Part shown: one piece after another, positions 19,906 to 34,900 of the stretch | Numbering within the stretch: position 1 is the stretch's first letter | How the letters are laid out: each line of letters opens with the position of its first letter | IMG/VR virus record: IMGVR_UViG_3300021254_000020 | Location: 202,421 to 266,420 of that record | Direction: 5' to 3' (one strand) | Length of the DNA stretch: 64,000 bases | Source: a virus | Lineage: Duplodnaviria > Caudoviricetes | Position numbers and translations under genes: made by a program | The notes under the pieces: generated by a model | What the model was told of the DNA's origin: nothing | Seen by the model: only the letters and a program-made list of their open reading frames with translations | The model's database searches: none

Positions 19906-22900
19906 TTATTTAGGTTCTGATATCCAGTCTAGTGATTTTGCAATAGGAGTATAGGACTTACCGTTCAGCTCAGCCATATACCCACTATTACCACCAAACA
20001 CACTCATTCCAGGAACATTGGGAGTGGTTTGTTTAGTAGTTCCTTGTCCATTAGCAACGATAGCCTTAAGGATACCTTCTAATAGACTATTAGTTTTCTT
20101 CTGTTCTTCTAGCAACTCAGTAAAGTTAGTAGGAGCTTCTGCTACCTTCTGGGTAGCTGTAGTTCTCACAGGAACTCTGCTTGCTCCAGTAACCTTGTTT
20201 ACTGTTGTAGAAGTATTAGTAGTGTCTTCTTCACTAGTTCCGCTAGATTCATCTCCTATAATCATCGATGTATTAGACGTTTGACTCTTAGCTGTGTTAC
20301 CAAGATTTATAGCCTCCTGCATAGATGCTCTAGTAGGATTGAAAATGTTAGCAATATTATTGAAGATTTGAGAGAATGGATCCATAGGTCTACCAGTCTT
20401 TGCTGTAACTTTGGCTTTCTCTCTTGGAGTTAGTTTCTTGGTATACCTCTTATCTTTAGATAAAATATCAATAGCTTGCTCTTTGGTATAACCTTGTTTG
20501 AGTAGATAATCTACATCGTTCTTCGTATATGGTAAACCATTAGGACCTACTCCATATGGAGCAGTCTTGTCACCATCTTTTGAAGTTTTCTGAGTATACC
20601 TCTTATCTTTAGATAGAATATCGATAGCTTGCTCTTTGGTATAACCTTGTTTGAGTAGATAATCTACATCGTTCTTCGTATATGGTAAACCATTAGGACC
20701 TACTCCATATGAAGCTTCTGTCTCAGTAACCTTGGCATTCCGATTAGCTCCAGAGAATATATCCCTTACAGTACCAGCAATTCTATTGAACCATCCACCA
20801 ATTCCTCTTTGCTTTTTGGCATCAGATTTTGAAGTTTTCTGAGTATACCTCTTATCTTTAGATAGAATATCGATAGCTTGCTCTTTGGTATATCCCTGTT
20901 TGAGTAGATAATCTACATCATTCTTAGTGTATGGTAAACCATTTGGACCTACTCCATATGGTGCCTGAGTAGTAGATTCTTCCCTCTTACCCCCAGAGAA
21001 GAAGTCTCTTACAGTACCCGCAATTCTATTGAACCATCCACCAATTCCTCTTTGCTTTTTGGCATCAGATTTTGGTTTGTCTTTAACAGCTTCTTCCTTC
21101 TTCTGTTCTGCATTAGCAGGATTTGGAGTAGGACCAGCCGCTTTCCCTAAGATTGTAGGATCAGAGAACTCTGTTGCCTTCTTCGCTTCTGGTTTGATAA
21201 CCTGAGAAGGAGGAACAGGTTCTGCTTTTGGTACTGGAGGTACTGCAGCAGCAGTCTTAACTGGTTCTTGTACAGGCGTAGCCTGAGCAGCTGGAGCTTC
21301 CTTGATGAAGGCCTGTCTTCTCATCTTAGTAAGAGTAGATTCATATACTCCATTATTGGTCGGATTAGCACTAGGAACTGTAGGTTCTGCTTTGGGAACT
21401 TGAGGAACAGCGGCAGGTGTTGCTGATTTATTAATAAATGCCTGTTCTCTCATCTTAGCAAGATTCGACTTATATACTCCGTTATTTGCAGTATCAGATG
21501 TTGGAGTATTAGTAGCAGGAGATGCTGTCTGAGCTTGAGCTGCTGTACTAGCTGGTGCAATTGTAGGAGATACAGTAGTTCCAGGAAGGTTGCCAGTAGA
21601 GAATTTAGTATCTACGACACTAACTCCGTGCTGAGATAGAACCTGGGCTACTTTGCCAGCCAATTCTTTAGATTCTTGCTCTCCTTTAGGACCATGCTTA
21701 AAGAAGCCTTTCCATCTACCACCTTTAACGAAAGAACTATTAGAGAGAGTTACTCCGCATTGAGATTCTACGTCTCTAGTGATAGTTATTTTAGAAGCAT
21801 CTCTAGGCATACCATCAGCAAAGATAGTGAATCCAAAGTATGCACCTCCACGACCAAACTTACCTCTACCATATTTTCCTTGCGGATATTCATTAGAGCT
21901 CGGATCATCGTAAGAATCAGCGTTATAATCATTAACGTGATAATTACCATTCTCAATCTCTTCTTGAACCCGTTCTGCAGAATCTGCCACCATGGAAGCA
22001 CCATTTACGGCAACACCTAATGGATTAGTCATACCAGCAAGAGTCATTCCTGCGCTGACTAATGGGTCATCTAGAATAGCTTCGGCAGCAGGACCGGCAA
22101 CAGCCTTGATTCCATTCTTTGCTTGATCCCAAGCTCCTCTACCGTATTTACCACGTCCGTATTTTCCTTGTCCTTGACTTCTTAAATACTGTACAGCTTC
22201 TGAAGTTGAGTAACCTTGGTTGACTAGATAATCGATATCATTCTTGCTAAATACAGTTCCGTTAGCATTGTTTTGCTTAACGAAATCATGTTCTTGGCTA
22301 TAAATATCTGCATTACCATTCTTATCAACTTTTCCTTCATCTCCTCCACTACTAGTAGCTACTGCATCTTCTTTCTTAGATTCTGCAGCCGTATTGGAAG
22401 AAGCTGGGGTAGCAGGATTAGTAGTCTGAGGAACTGAAGCATTCTTTACTCCACCACTAGATGCTTTCTTAACGATATCGTCAAGTTTAGAGTATAGATT
22501 AGCTCCTGGACAAGAGGTTTCGTTTACCTCTTTATGACCAATAACATGTTTTCTATCTACTGGTATATTGTATTTCTTACAAAGGTCTCTAATCAAATTG
22601 ATGAGAGAGCCTATTTGAGCCTCTGTAGGTTGATACTCTTCGAAAGCACCACCTACATGAATACCAATAGAATCACTATTAGAACCTTGGGCATGAGAAC
22701 CAACCATTTCTTCAGGACGTCCACGTTCAATAGAACCGTCTTTCCTTATAACGAAATGGTACCCAATCCCTGACCATCCATTCTTTTGATGCCAACCATG
22801 AATAGTTTTGGCATCTGGATCTGTTTTATCATCTCCAGGACCGGTATGGTGTACTATGATTCTATTAGTAGCACTTCTCTTTTCCAATTCACCACTGAAT

Positions 22901-25900
22901 GTGAGTCCAGTTTCTTTTACTCCAGCTAATGATGAACCAGCAGCTGCATTCGCTCCACCACTAGATCCACTATTACCAGAGCTATTAGGCGATCCGTATA
23001 CGGCTCTCCAGATGGCACCTGCAGGACTGCTGGATATTTGTTTATCCAGTTCAGTTTTGAACCATCCCATCAGCCCAGCATCTTTCTTAGCGGATGATCC
23101 AGAAGAACCATTTGTACCTCCAGAGAAGCTACTGTCTGAGCTTACACCTTGACCTTCCTTATCATAGAATTCTCTAGCAAATACTGCTCTTCTTTGTTTC
23201 TTCTGAGCATCATCGGCAGAACGTTCGAACTGATCATGGAAGGTTATAGCAGCATCTTCAGGACTCTGGCTATCCATGGTAGCAAACATATCCTTTACGT
23301 TACCATCTTTGCCAGACAACATATAGTCTATCTGAGTCTTCCAGTCAGAGTCTTGAGTACCTTGTGATTTTGCAAAGTCTTTCAGTCTCTGCTGTCTATC
23401 ATCAGAAGTCCACTGTGCTAAGCCATATCCAGTAACGCCATCAACAGGACAATTGTCGGACCCGTTGCTTGGATCATGATTTTGAAGTCTATCTGAGTAG
23501 AGTGAGGATTCTGCCATGAAGTTACCAAGAATACCTGCAGTCGTCTGATTAGACAAACCTTTAGATTTCATGTAAGTCCACAGCTTACCACCGTCATTGC
23601 CAGTAGACTTTTCTCTACCATATTTTCCTTGACCAAAAGCATATGTTCTTTCGGCTTTAGTTTCTCCGAAATTAGTAGTGGGTTTAAGTTGAGCAGAGAT
23701 ATCCTTGATAGGATCCATAGAATTGGCCATAGCCAAATCTTGCATCATAGTGGAATCTTGAGAACCTCTGCCATACTTTCCTTGACCAACTCCGGCATTG
23801 GAGCTACCAGCATCAGCATTCATTTCTGCTTGTGTTCTAGTTGTTGCATCATTAGATACTACACTATTACCACTACCAGTAGCAATGTATCCTTGTACGC
23901 TGGAATAGTGACCAGAAATGGAATCACCATGAACAATCTTGTTCTTACTTGAGGAGTTACCCCAATATCCACCTTGACCATCTGCTATTATAACATGGCC
24001 ATGATCATTACAGATACATACGTCTCCTTCAGCACCGCCTTGAGATGCATCCTTGAAGTATCCCTTATCTTTTGCCCACTGTTCAAGAGTAGGAACCCAC
24101 ATAAGAGTTACAGCTTTGGTATTATCTACACTAGGTGGAATATGGCTTGCTGCAGCCTTTACTTCCTCCTGGATAGGACTGCAGTCTTCCATATAGTCAC
24201 CCAGTTTATGACCAGCCTTCTTCAGATATCTCTTAACAAATTCGGTGCAGCCATTATTTCCGTAACCAGTAGTGCCTTCCATTGATTTAGCCCATTTACT
24301 TGCTTCAGCAATGTTTCCTCCACCAAATGAGCTATAAGGTCCACTAGAGGATGAAGATCCCGTTGAACCACCATTAGAACCGAATGCATCATTACCGAAT
24401 ACATATCCTACCATTGATCCAGGGAGAAGTGCCTTTACAGCATCCCAGAATGCTCCAAGTAATCCACCATTTCCTCCTCCTCTACTGCTTCCACTAGCAT
24501 TTCCTCCTTTGGAACCTGATCCTCCAGTCATACTAAGAGGTGCAGCATCGCTAGGACGATTTTCTTGTAATCTCTTTACAGCTTCTGGATCTCCTTTAAT
24601 AATGCCTTCAATATTAGAAGCATATTGCCCTTCATCTGCAGTATAGTATCCACCTCTCTTAAGAGCAGCAGCCCATTCTGCAGGAGATTTTGCCTCAAGT
24701 AATCCTTCATCTTTATAACGAGGATAATACCAACTCATGTAGTTTACGAAAGATTGGTCATTATCGAAGAAGCTATGATGTCTATTATCCTCACCAGTTA
24801 CAGTCCAAGTGTAATTATCTTGGGTTCTTGGATTATTAAATCCTGCATCACCCTCGGCTGATTTAACACCACCATAGTTATGCTCTTTAGCCAGATCAGA
24901 TTCAAAATGACCTGTCTCTAGGCTCATCTGTGCCCAAATCAATTCTGGAGGTAATTTAGTATTCTTAGAGATCTCGATAGCAATCTCTTCTGGATTCATG
25001 AAGTCCTTACCACGGCCAAACCACCATGGATATTTTCCCTTACCCTTCATGAATGCTTTTCTTCTCATCTTAGTAAGATTAGAAGTGAATACACCTCTCT
25101 TATCTTTAGTACCTTTACTAAGGGATACAGCATTGGTCATTCCATTAGAGATATCCTTAATTGGGTATTCTCTAACTTGGCTTTCCTCAGAATCGTATAC
25201 CTTAGCATATCCAGGTTTGGATCCTTTTTCGAACTGTTCATAATGCATGCCAGGACCCCAAGGACCACCAGGCTTGTTAGACTGACCCATACCGATTACT
25301 TTCTTACCACTATTAATGGCATTAGCAAATTCGGATTTGTTTACGTCTTTAGCCTCATATCCTCTAGAGGTTGCTGCTTTATGAATGAATCCAGGATCTA
25401 CACCATCATCCTTGTGTTTAAACCTCAAGGATTCTTTTACAAGAGAACCGATTCGTTTACCAGAAGGATCTTGGCCTTCTAGACCATTGAATGCATTCTC
25501 CAAAGAGTATGCAGCGCATGCTGAACTACTTACAGTTTCTTTAGAAGTATCTTGAGATGTATTGAATCTTTTGTTAGCGAGAGGGCCTACGTCCTGTCTA
25601 GCTATAGGTCTTTGATCTTTAGCTATAGGAGCAGATTCCTGAGCAGATTTGAACTCAGACTTGATTTTCTCTTGTGCAGCTTGCTTAGCTTTGACTACAG
25701 TCAAGGAATCATTCTGTTTATCAATCTTATTATACTCAGGTACCGCTTTGGTCGGCTTAGATACTGGTTCTGCTGTAACAGGTTTGGATTCTGCAATCTT
25801 GGCTTCAGCTTTAGCTTTCTCTTGGGCAGCTTGCTTAGCTTTGATTACAGTAATAGAATCATTTTGCGGATCAATCTTATTATAATCCGGAGTTGCTGGA

Positions 25901-28900
25901 GTAGGCTTAGATACTGGTTCTGGAGTAGTCGGCTTAGATGTTTGCTCTGCTACAATAGGCTTAGATACTGGTTCTGCTGTAACAGGTTTGGATTCTGCAA
26001 TCTTGGCTTCAGCTTTAGCTTTCTCTTGGGCAGCTTGCTTAGCTTTGATTACAGTAATAGAATCATTTTGCGGATCAATCTTATTATAATCCGGAACTTC
26101 TTCTCCTCTACCAAACTTACCATTACCGAACTTGCCACCGTGGGTATCTTTATTCTTATCATTACCCCAGAAACTATCCCATTTCTCGCTAGCCCAGTCT
26201 AATCCACGTCTTACAAGAGACTTACCTTGAGGCTTGTCGTTTCCTTGCATCTTATTGACTGCATCTTCGCCAGCCTTCTTAGTAATAGCTACCTGTTCAG
26301 AAATGGATTTCTTATGCATTTCCTCATACTTCTTTTTATCGAAGTTAGGATCATCCTTGTGTTTCTCTGCGGTAGTCTTGACTCTCTGGTCAATATCTTT
26401 TCTTACACTGTCAGAGATATTCTTATCCCAGTCTCCATCTTTACGATGAGCAGTCTGTTGCTGTTGTAGATAATCATTCTGCTTGGCTACGAGTTTATCG
26501 TCAGCCATATCTTTGGTGAGCTTATCATCCTTCTCTTTCTGCTTTCTGAGTTTGCGAAGATCTTCTGCACCAAAGTCGAATGCATCACATACCTTCATAG
26601 CAATATCTACCCACGTTTTAGCAGGAACTAATCCAAATATAGGAGCTGCTGTAATTACGCCAAGGATTGCGGCAAATGCCTTCATTCCTAAAGTAGCAGT
26701 ACCAGGAGGAATACTGAGTATCTCTTCAGTATGAACCAAACCTTCATATACACCAGAAGCTACGAAAGCAGCTGTAAGTACCCAACCAATAACTGGGATG
26801 AATCTCGAAGCTTGTTGAGCAACCTTCTTCTTGACAGTTTCAAAGGTTTGTTTAGAAAGAATATGTTTCTCGAATGCATCGCATAATACATTAATACCTT
26901 TCTTCCACTTATCACCACCAGGAATATATTTAGCTGCTCCATCTCTAATATATCCTATTACTTCCTTGATCTTAGTTATAAGACCTTTATTCTCCGCCAC
27001 TTCTTCAGCAGCCTTTGCTGCATCTTTAATGCCGGTTTTAGCAGTAGTTGCAATATTAGATGCTTTAGACGTTATTACATCTTTAGCGTCTTTGAAAGTC
27101 TTAGATGTTTTCTCCATGAAAGAAGTACTACTCTTTGCTGCATCTGCTGCAGCCTTCTCGCCAGCTTGTACTGCTTTTGTAGCATCCTTTGCTGTTTCAG
27201 CAGCTTTAGTAGCTGTCTTTCCAGCCGCTTTTTCTGCAGCACCAATAATACTCTTAGACTTATTGGTCAATTTAGAGATATCATTATTTAAGGTCTTCAT
27301 CTCTGCATTTAGCTTCCTGGCCTTAGATTTAGATGTAGCAGGATCCTTGAGCTCTTTCTCTATTTCTGCTTTTCTAACTTCTTTTGCCTTTATCTGCTCG
27401 GTAGCTTTATCTAGTTTATCAAGTTGCTCTGGAGAAATCTTGGCTCTAACGTCATCTGGTATTGATGAAGGAGCGGCTCCTTTCTTTCTCCAATCCATGT
27501 AAGTAGATACACCAGCAATACCAGTGTCAATAACCATGTCGGATACTGAGAAGTCTCCTCCCATGGCCATACCACCAGCTTGACCACCGATAACTGCACC
27601 TAGGATTCTGCTCTTCCAACCTCCTCCTAATCTAGCACCTAGCATTTCGCCTGCTTTAGCACCAACGATGTTACCACCGAGTTGCTTAATAGAATTCTTA
27701 GCTTCGTCCTCAGCACCCTCATCAGTGTTCATAATATAACTTCCACCGATGACACCAGTTCCTACAGCTGCTGCTTTGCCCCAAGTACCAAGGTGGCTAG
27801 CAGCCTCTCCTACTTTACGAATACCTTTAGCTATACCTTGCTTGGAGAATACTTTAATGCCTTCTTTTTCAGCAAAGTCTTGAGCTAGTTTACGTTGAGC
27901 AGCTTCAGGAGTCATACCTTTCTTAACTAGGTCCTTCACTCCCTTTTGGAATTCAGGTTTGGAATTATATTTATTTACTAAGTCTTGAACTGCATTATCT
28001 GCATATCTATTTGCTTTGTCTATACCCCAGTTAAAGGCTTTATTAGAAGCATACGTCAAACCTACGTTCTTGGCAAACCCAAGACCAGCATCTGCTGCTC
28101 CTTCATAGTCTCCATCAGCGAATTTATATGCTGTAGCTAAACCGCCAGATACCAATGAATGTTTAAATGAACCCTCTGGAGCTTTTGTCCACAATCTAGC
28201 AGCCTTATCAGAAGCTACGCTGATAGCTAATGATCTTCCACCAGACTTGAGAGTATCCCCAGCTGACGACAGAGTTTCGTCATTCTTAGTCCTAGCATTA
28301 CTATTACCCTTTTCGTCTTCTCCAAGACGTTTGCCATGATTGAGTCGACGTACTCGTTCCAACCAATTGAGAATTTCTTCAGGTTTCTTACCAGCTGCCA
28401 TATAGGCATCACACTGTGCTTGTTCCTTATATGATAACTCACCGAACTTATCATATGCTTCAGGATATGCTCTAATATTAAATAGAGTATCTCCTTTAAT
28501 ATGCTGAGCTCTCTCGCTATTATCATATACTGCCTTGGCAGCAGAACCGATACCTAATGCACCAGCTCCGATTGCTAAAGCTTTACCTAACTTACCAAAC
28601 TTTGGTAATCCTTTAACAATGGCATTACCTACACCAGTAGTACTACCTTTTCTCCAGCCATTAAGTCCAGCCAAAGCTGCACCACCAGCAGTAACACCAA
28701 GGGTGGAGAGAATGGGATGATCTTTGAATGTCTCCCAAGCTTTTCCAAATGGAGTTAAGAAGTTATCTACTGTTTTACCGATAAAGCCTTTATTTTCGTA
28801 GTCTTTACCAGTAATATCGTCATAAATACCAGATGCAGATACAGAATCATCTTTTCTCTTACCTGGTTTGGCTTTTTGAGCTTCCTTCTTATCCTCATTA

Positions 28901-31900
28901 TCTTTGTCTGAGCTAGAAGATGCGCTTGCCTCTGCTTTAGCATCATCATAGAGATTATACCCTAAGAATGCAGCTGCTAATGCGAGTACCTTACCAACTT
29001 TAGAACCAAATATGGTTTTGATCACGCCCTTAACAAGACCACCAGATTTGGCTCCAGCCTTAGCACCTGCTTTTGCACCAGCTTTAGCAGTATCTTCAGC
29101 CGCTTCTGCTCCAAGCTTTCCAGCTAACTTACCAAATGTATTTTTAATCGGACCTAGAACTGCTAAGAACAATGGACCAATAAATGGAAGAGCTCCTAAC
29201 GAATCTACAAGTCCTCCTAACACTTTAAAAGGCAATCCGGCTAATCCAAGTAGGCTGTCTAATAAACCGCCTCCAGCAGCTTTTGCTGCTCCTTTAACCT
29301 TCTTACCTGCATTACCCAACTTATTGGAGATCTTTTCTAGAGCGGTTAGAGATCTTTCTTTTCTATCTATATCCGCCTGCTCCTTGGCATCTACCTCAGA
29401 GTTGTCTTTGGTATGTGCCGCCATCATCCCACCATCTGTAGAGGATGTTGTGAAAGTCTTCGGTCCATATGCTGTTGGGATAATCATGGTTTCACCACGT
29501 TTGAGTGGTGCACTCATAGCCGAACCCATGACAGTATTGCCACTATGTATAGCTCCTATGGCAGCTCCTGCAGCCGTCGCTGCGTCTGAGGAAATACCAC
29601 CAGCGGTGTCCTGTTCAGCATCTGCGCTGTTGGACTCGTCTTTCTTTTCTTTCTCTTTTTCTTCTTCGTCGTCATCTCCACCAAAGAGAGACCCTAATAA
29701 TGTGCCACCAAATAGACCTTTGGCTACACCTTTCCAACCACCTTTTTCAAATGCTTTTGCACCTGTAGATATAGCTTTACCCCAAGCATGTTGAGGCATA
29801 CCCTTAGCTTTTCTAAGCTCTTTACGTAGACTCCTCTTTTCTTTCTTAGAAAGATTAGGATCCTTTAATTTCTCTTCTAGCTCTGATATCTTTCCAGATA
29901 CATCGTTTTCTTCTAGTTCCTTGGCTCGTTTTTGAGCACTTGTCATCGAGTCTTCAGCAAGCATTTCTCTGCTGCTGCCTATCAGTTCTTTGAATTTGCT
30001 TAATCCATCTTCTACATTTAATTCTTTATTATAGATAGCCTCAGCAATTTCATATGTTTCTTCAGGGTGATACATAGCTGCTATAATCATAGACTCTACA
30101 TTATCACCGAGCATAGTTGATACTTTCTCGATTATTTTATCACCGACGGTAGCATTCCATGCTTTTCTACCGTACAATGCACCAAGATCTTGGCTAAATT
30201 GAGGAGATGTAGCAATAGCATAACCAGTTCTACCAGCTGCTGCTAGATTAGAACCTAGTTTCATTCTACCAGTAGCTTTATCTGCTCCCCAGATACCTAT
30301 ATCAAGAGCCTTATTAGCAGCCCACTTAGATAATCCAAGAGCTTTCTTTCCTACGGTTTGAGCAGCACCAACAACTCCATTATATTTACCAGTAAGAGCA
30401 CCAATCTCAGCATTAGTAGTACCATTAGTAATAGCATCGAATTCTAAACCACTCATACCACCTTGTTTATACTGGTTCTTAATAGAATTACGATCTTCAG
30501 TACTCTTAGTAATACTATTCTGGAATACATGGTAGTTTGGATTTTTAGGATTGCTATATTCATCAACCCAACTGAAAGAGCTATCCAATCCTGCCTTATA
30601 AGCAAGACCTTCTCTATGCTCTCCTTCAGTCCACAGTTTCTGAATCTCATCAGCTATCATCTGCTGACCAATAGTGGTTACACTACCATCTTCAAGAGTA
30701 ACTTGAGCAGCAGCGAACTTGATCATGTTCTGAGCAACAGCAGGTTCTAGATCTTTAAAGATGGAGAAATCTTTTACTGGAATTTGCATCTTGACAAATT
30801 CAACAGCAGTCTTGAATCCATCATCATTCAGCTCAGCGATATCCTTATACTGATCTGGATCTATCTGCAAACCAAGAATAGTAAGATCAGCTATTCTGCT
30901 GAATGCCTGACCTGTCGGGTCTAACTTAAATAGTTTATCGAAGTCTTCAACAATAGCAGTATTTCCTCTCTCCAAGGCTTTATTGAGCTGAATAAATGAT
31001 TCACCGAATTTATTACGATGCTTACTATTAAGCACATAATCTCCAGCTTCTTCTGTAAGTCCTTGGACTGTTTGGAAGGCATTTACTCCATGTAACTTGT
31101 CAATATTGGCATTATATTCTGCATTGGTTGATTCCTGACCTCTTCTTAGACCTTCATTCAAATATGCTGAACTCTTCTGTTTAGCATAAGAAATGCCTCT
31201 CATATCTTTTACTAAATCTAGAGACTTAGCAAACTTAGTAGGATTCTCTCCTCTAAGAGTAGCAGTAAGATAATTAAGAGCATCAGTGTTCTCGGCAGTA
31301 GCCTGCATTTCCTTAACCTTCAATTCCAAATCTTTTTCAGGATCGAACATTGAAGCATCCATTACTCCGCCAGCCTTGGCTATATCTTCGGCATATCTAC
31401 CTTTTACTTTGTCTCTATTAGCATTCTCATTCTCTAATAGTTCAGCAAGGTTTGGAAGCATCTTGATGAGATCATCTTCATCAATACTATTATTGAAGTA
31501 TTTCTCTCTTATTCTTTTAAGAGATTTTTTAACTACTTCAGAGTCGCCGTCTTCTCTCCATTTTCTTCCTTCTCTGATTCCAGCAAAGGATTCATTCGAA
31601 GATTTGAAAAGCTCCTCTAATTCTTTTCTATCCTGAATACTAAAGTTGGAATTCCTCATGATACGTTCGAGTTCATCACCAACATTTATTTTCTCACTGT
31701 CATCTCCACTTCTCAGTTTCTCAGCGAGATCCATAAGGTCAGAATGAACTAGAGTAGCATTTTCAGTATATTCAGGATTTTCCGTTATCTTACTAATAGT
31801 GCTTTGGAGATTAGAGAAGATCTCTCCCTCTTTTCTCTTACTAGCATTACCAGTTCCTTTATCATAAAACTCGGCTAAAGCTCTAAGATTCTTGGCTTCA

Positions 31901-34900
31901 TTAGTAACTTCATCACGTCCAAGATGCGAAATTACATCATAGCCAACTCCCATCTTATTATCTTTTATACCGCGTTCTTTTAACTCAGCAGATAGTTCGG
32001 CAGCTGATTTATCAGTGATTTCAGCATTTCCTAATTGAGCACTTCTTAGTCTATTACCAAATCCTTCAACTAAGCTAGCAACTCCACCTACAGCTCTACC
32101 TACTGTATTTTGTGCTACCCACTTACCAAATCCACCTGCTTTTCTTACACCACCAAAAGTGAAGTCTAAGATCTTCTCCATAGTAGATCCACCGGAGCCT
32201 CTTAGTACTCCTTCAATAGTGTCTAGTACGGATTTAGATCCCTTCTTAAGAATATTCTTCACTTCATCGGCTACTGGTTTGAGACCTCTCCCTAATGGTT
32301 TAGTAACGTCATCTCTAAACCACTTACCGAAATCCTTCTTCATCTTATCCATATTTTTCTTGAGAGGATTAGTAATATGACGTCTAATAGCACCAGCGAG
32401 GCCACCATGACGAACACCATTCTTATCCTTAGCACCAAGAAGGGTCTTCTTGAAGAGTTCAGTAGTAGATAGTAATCCTAGACCTGCTCCAAATACAGCA
32501 TTTCCTAACAGACCGAATGGGCCTAAGAAGAATGTGGATAATACGCCAGCAGCGATATTCGGGAAGGCTTTCTTGATAGCTTGCTTTCTATCCTTGTTCA
32601 GCAATCCACCCTTATCACCAAAGATGAATTTATTAGCTGATTCATTATTCTTGATATAGGAGCCAGCTATACCCATCATTAACCCACCAAGTGGACCAAA
32701 TCCAGTTACAGCTCCTAGTAATGTACCAGCTATACCATATTTCTTAGCGTCAGGAACATACTTCTCTAGAGACTTAACAAACTTGGCAGAGATTAGACCA
32801 TTCTCTTTTCTCTCACCAGTCTTATTACCATTAGCATCTACAATCTCTTCACCAAACATATAATCCATAAAGGATTTATTGTTAGATAAGAGAGACACTG
32901 CAGCACCAGCAGCTGCACCAAATAAAGGACCTCCCAATGGGAATACAGTCCCTAAGAGAGCACCAGCCATACCACCCTTCATCAGCTCAGGAGTATTATG
33001 AATAATATACTTCTTAGTCTCCTCTAAAGCTTTAGCAGGGTCGGTACCTGTAGCTTGAAGAGCAAACTGCTGCATACCATTAGCAATACCAGTCTGACGT
33101 GAGTAGTCTTGGTTAAGCATCTCTTCATTAGAATCAAGTTTACCTTCATATCCTCCAGCTCTTATTGCTTTTTCAGCAAATCTCTGAAGATTTGGATTGT
33201 TTCTTATAGCAGGAGAATGCCATACGTATTGAAGAGCATTATTAAGCATCTCCTTATCATCAGGAGTGAGGTCTAGCTTATTTATAAACCCTCCAGCTTT
33301 GCCTCCAGCATAATCTGCTACAAGATCGATAGCTAGATTAGGATCTAATCCATATTTCTGCAATAGACTTTGAACAGGACTAATAGCACCAGCCAATTCA
33401 TCTGGGGAGATCTTCTTGAATAAATACGATACAAGATTCTCTTTACCTTCTGCAAATCCAGGGAGGTTCTTACTATATCCATCTCCATTAGATCCACTTA
33501 TTCTACTAGTGATTCTATTCCGTATTCTATTCTCATTCTGATAATCAGCCATAGGATTAGCACTCATTCGGCTAGGATTCCAAGGATTCTGATCAGATGG
33601 AATAACTACAGAATCATCATCAATAGTGGTAACACCACTCTTAGTGACATTAGTGGTTCCACTACCATCAGAATTGAAGACAGCTTCTCCCTTAGATACT
33701 ATTGCCGGAAATTGGCCAAATGCTCTACCAGGGATATTGGATTCTCCTTCAGTTTCAGGAGCTTCTTCCTTATTCTGCTGATTGAATTTACCTTCTTTGA
33801 TATCAGTATAGGTACCCTTTATTGAGTTCTTTACATCATCAAGTATAGACTTAGCTGAATTTTTTGCATTGTTTCCAAAGAAGGATAGCTTATCTTTAGC
33901 CTTAGCAGTGAAGTCATCAATATCTAAGTTAAAGTTGTCTTTAACAAAGCCTTTAGCTTGTCCCCACCACTTACCTTTATTATCATTAATCTTATTAGCA
34001 ACGTCTGATATAGCATCGCTCAGAGTGATACCAGCTTTATCCATTTCGTGTATCATCTTACCAAAGAAGCCTTTGATTGGTTTGCCATCGGAACCAATTT
34101 CATCGGTATCTTTGCCAAAGAGCAGTTCATACATCATTTGGTCTGCACTAGTGAGAACTGATGTGAACATTGCTCTAGGAGATGCTAATAACTTATTTAT
34201 ATTAGCTGAGATTACTCCCATCTTATCTCCTAATGTACCTGCAGCTGCTAATTGTTTGAAGAATGGATCTTTAGCATTGACTCCTTTAATCTTATTGAGC
34301 TTTTTATTAATCTCATCAACGCTAACGTCAGAACCTAGAATAGAATCAGTAATACTAGTATCGTATTCCATCTGGTAGTCTCTAGGACCTTTTTGGGCTT
34401 TTTCCCAATTTCTATTCATTTCGGTTCTAAAAGTATTGAACTCATCAGATCCTTGTTTGTGTAGTACGTTATCAATATTACCGACATTCATGCTAGTACG
34501 AGCATTATTTTTAATGCCATATTCTCTAGCATTTAATACGTCATAGGTAGCATTACGTACTATTGCCCCTTCTCTGGTAAGAGTGTATTTATCTAAAGCA
34601 CCGACGCTATCTAATAGATGAAGCATCCTAGAATATTCGTCGTCTCCATTACCTCCGCCGTCACCATCTCCGCCATCATCGTCCCCTCCTGATGAGGATC
34701 CTCCACCCCCACCATTTGGTCTATTATTTCTCTTCCCTTTCTTACGTTTACCTTTACCAGGTTTGCCAAGACTTCTAGTATCTCTGATTTGGCATAGTAC
34801 ATCATATATCCTAGATTGCCAATCTAACAAACTCATTTCATTTCTATTACGAGAATTAACGATATTATCAGTTTGCCTAATTCCACCAATAACTCTGGTA

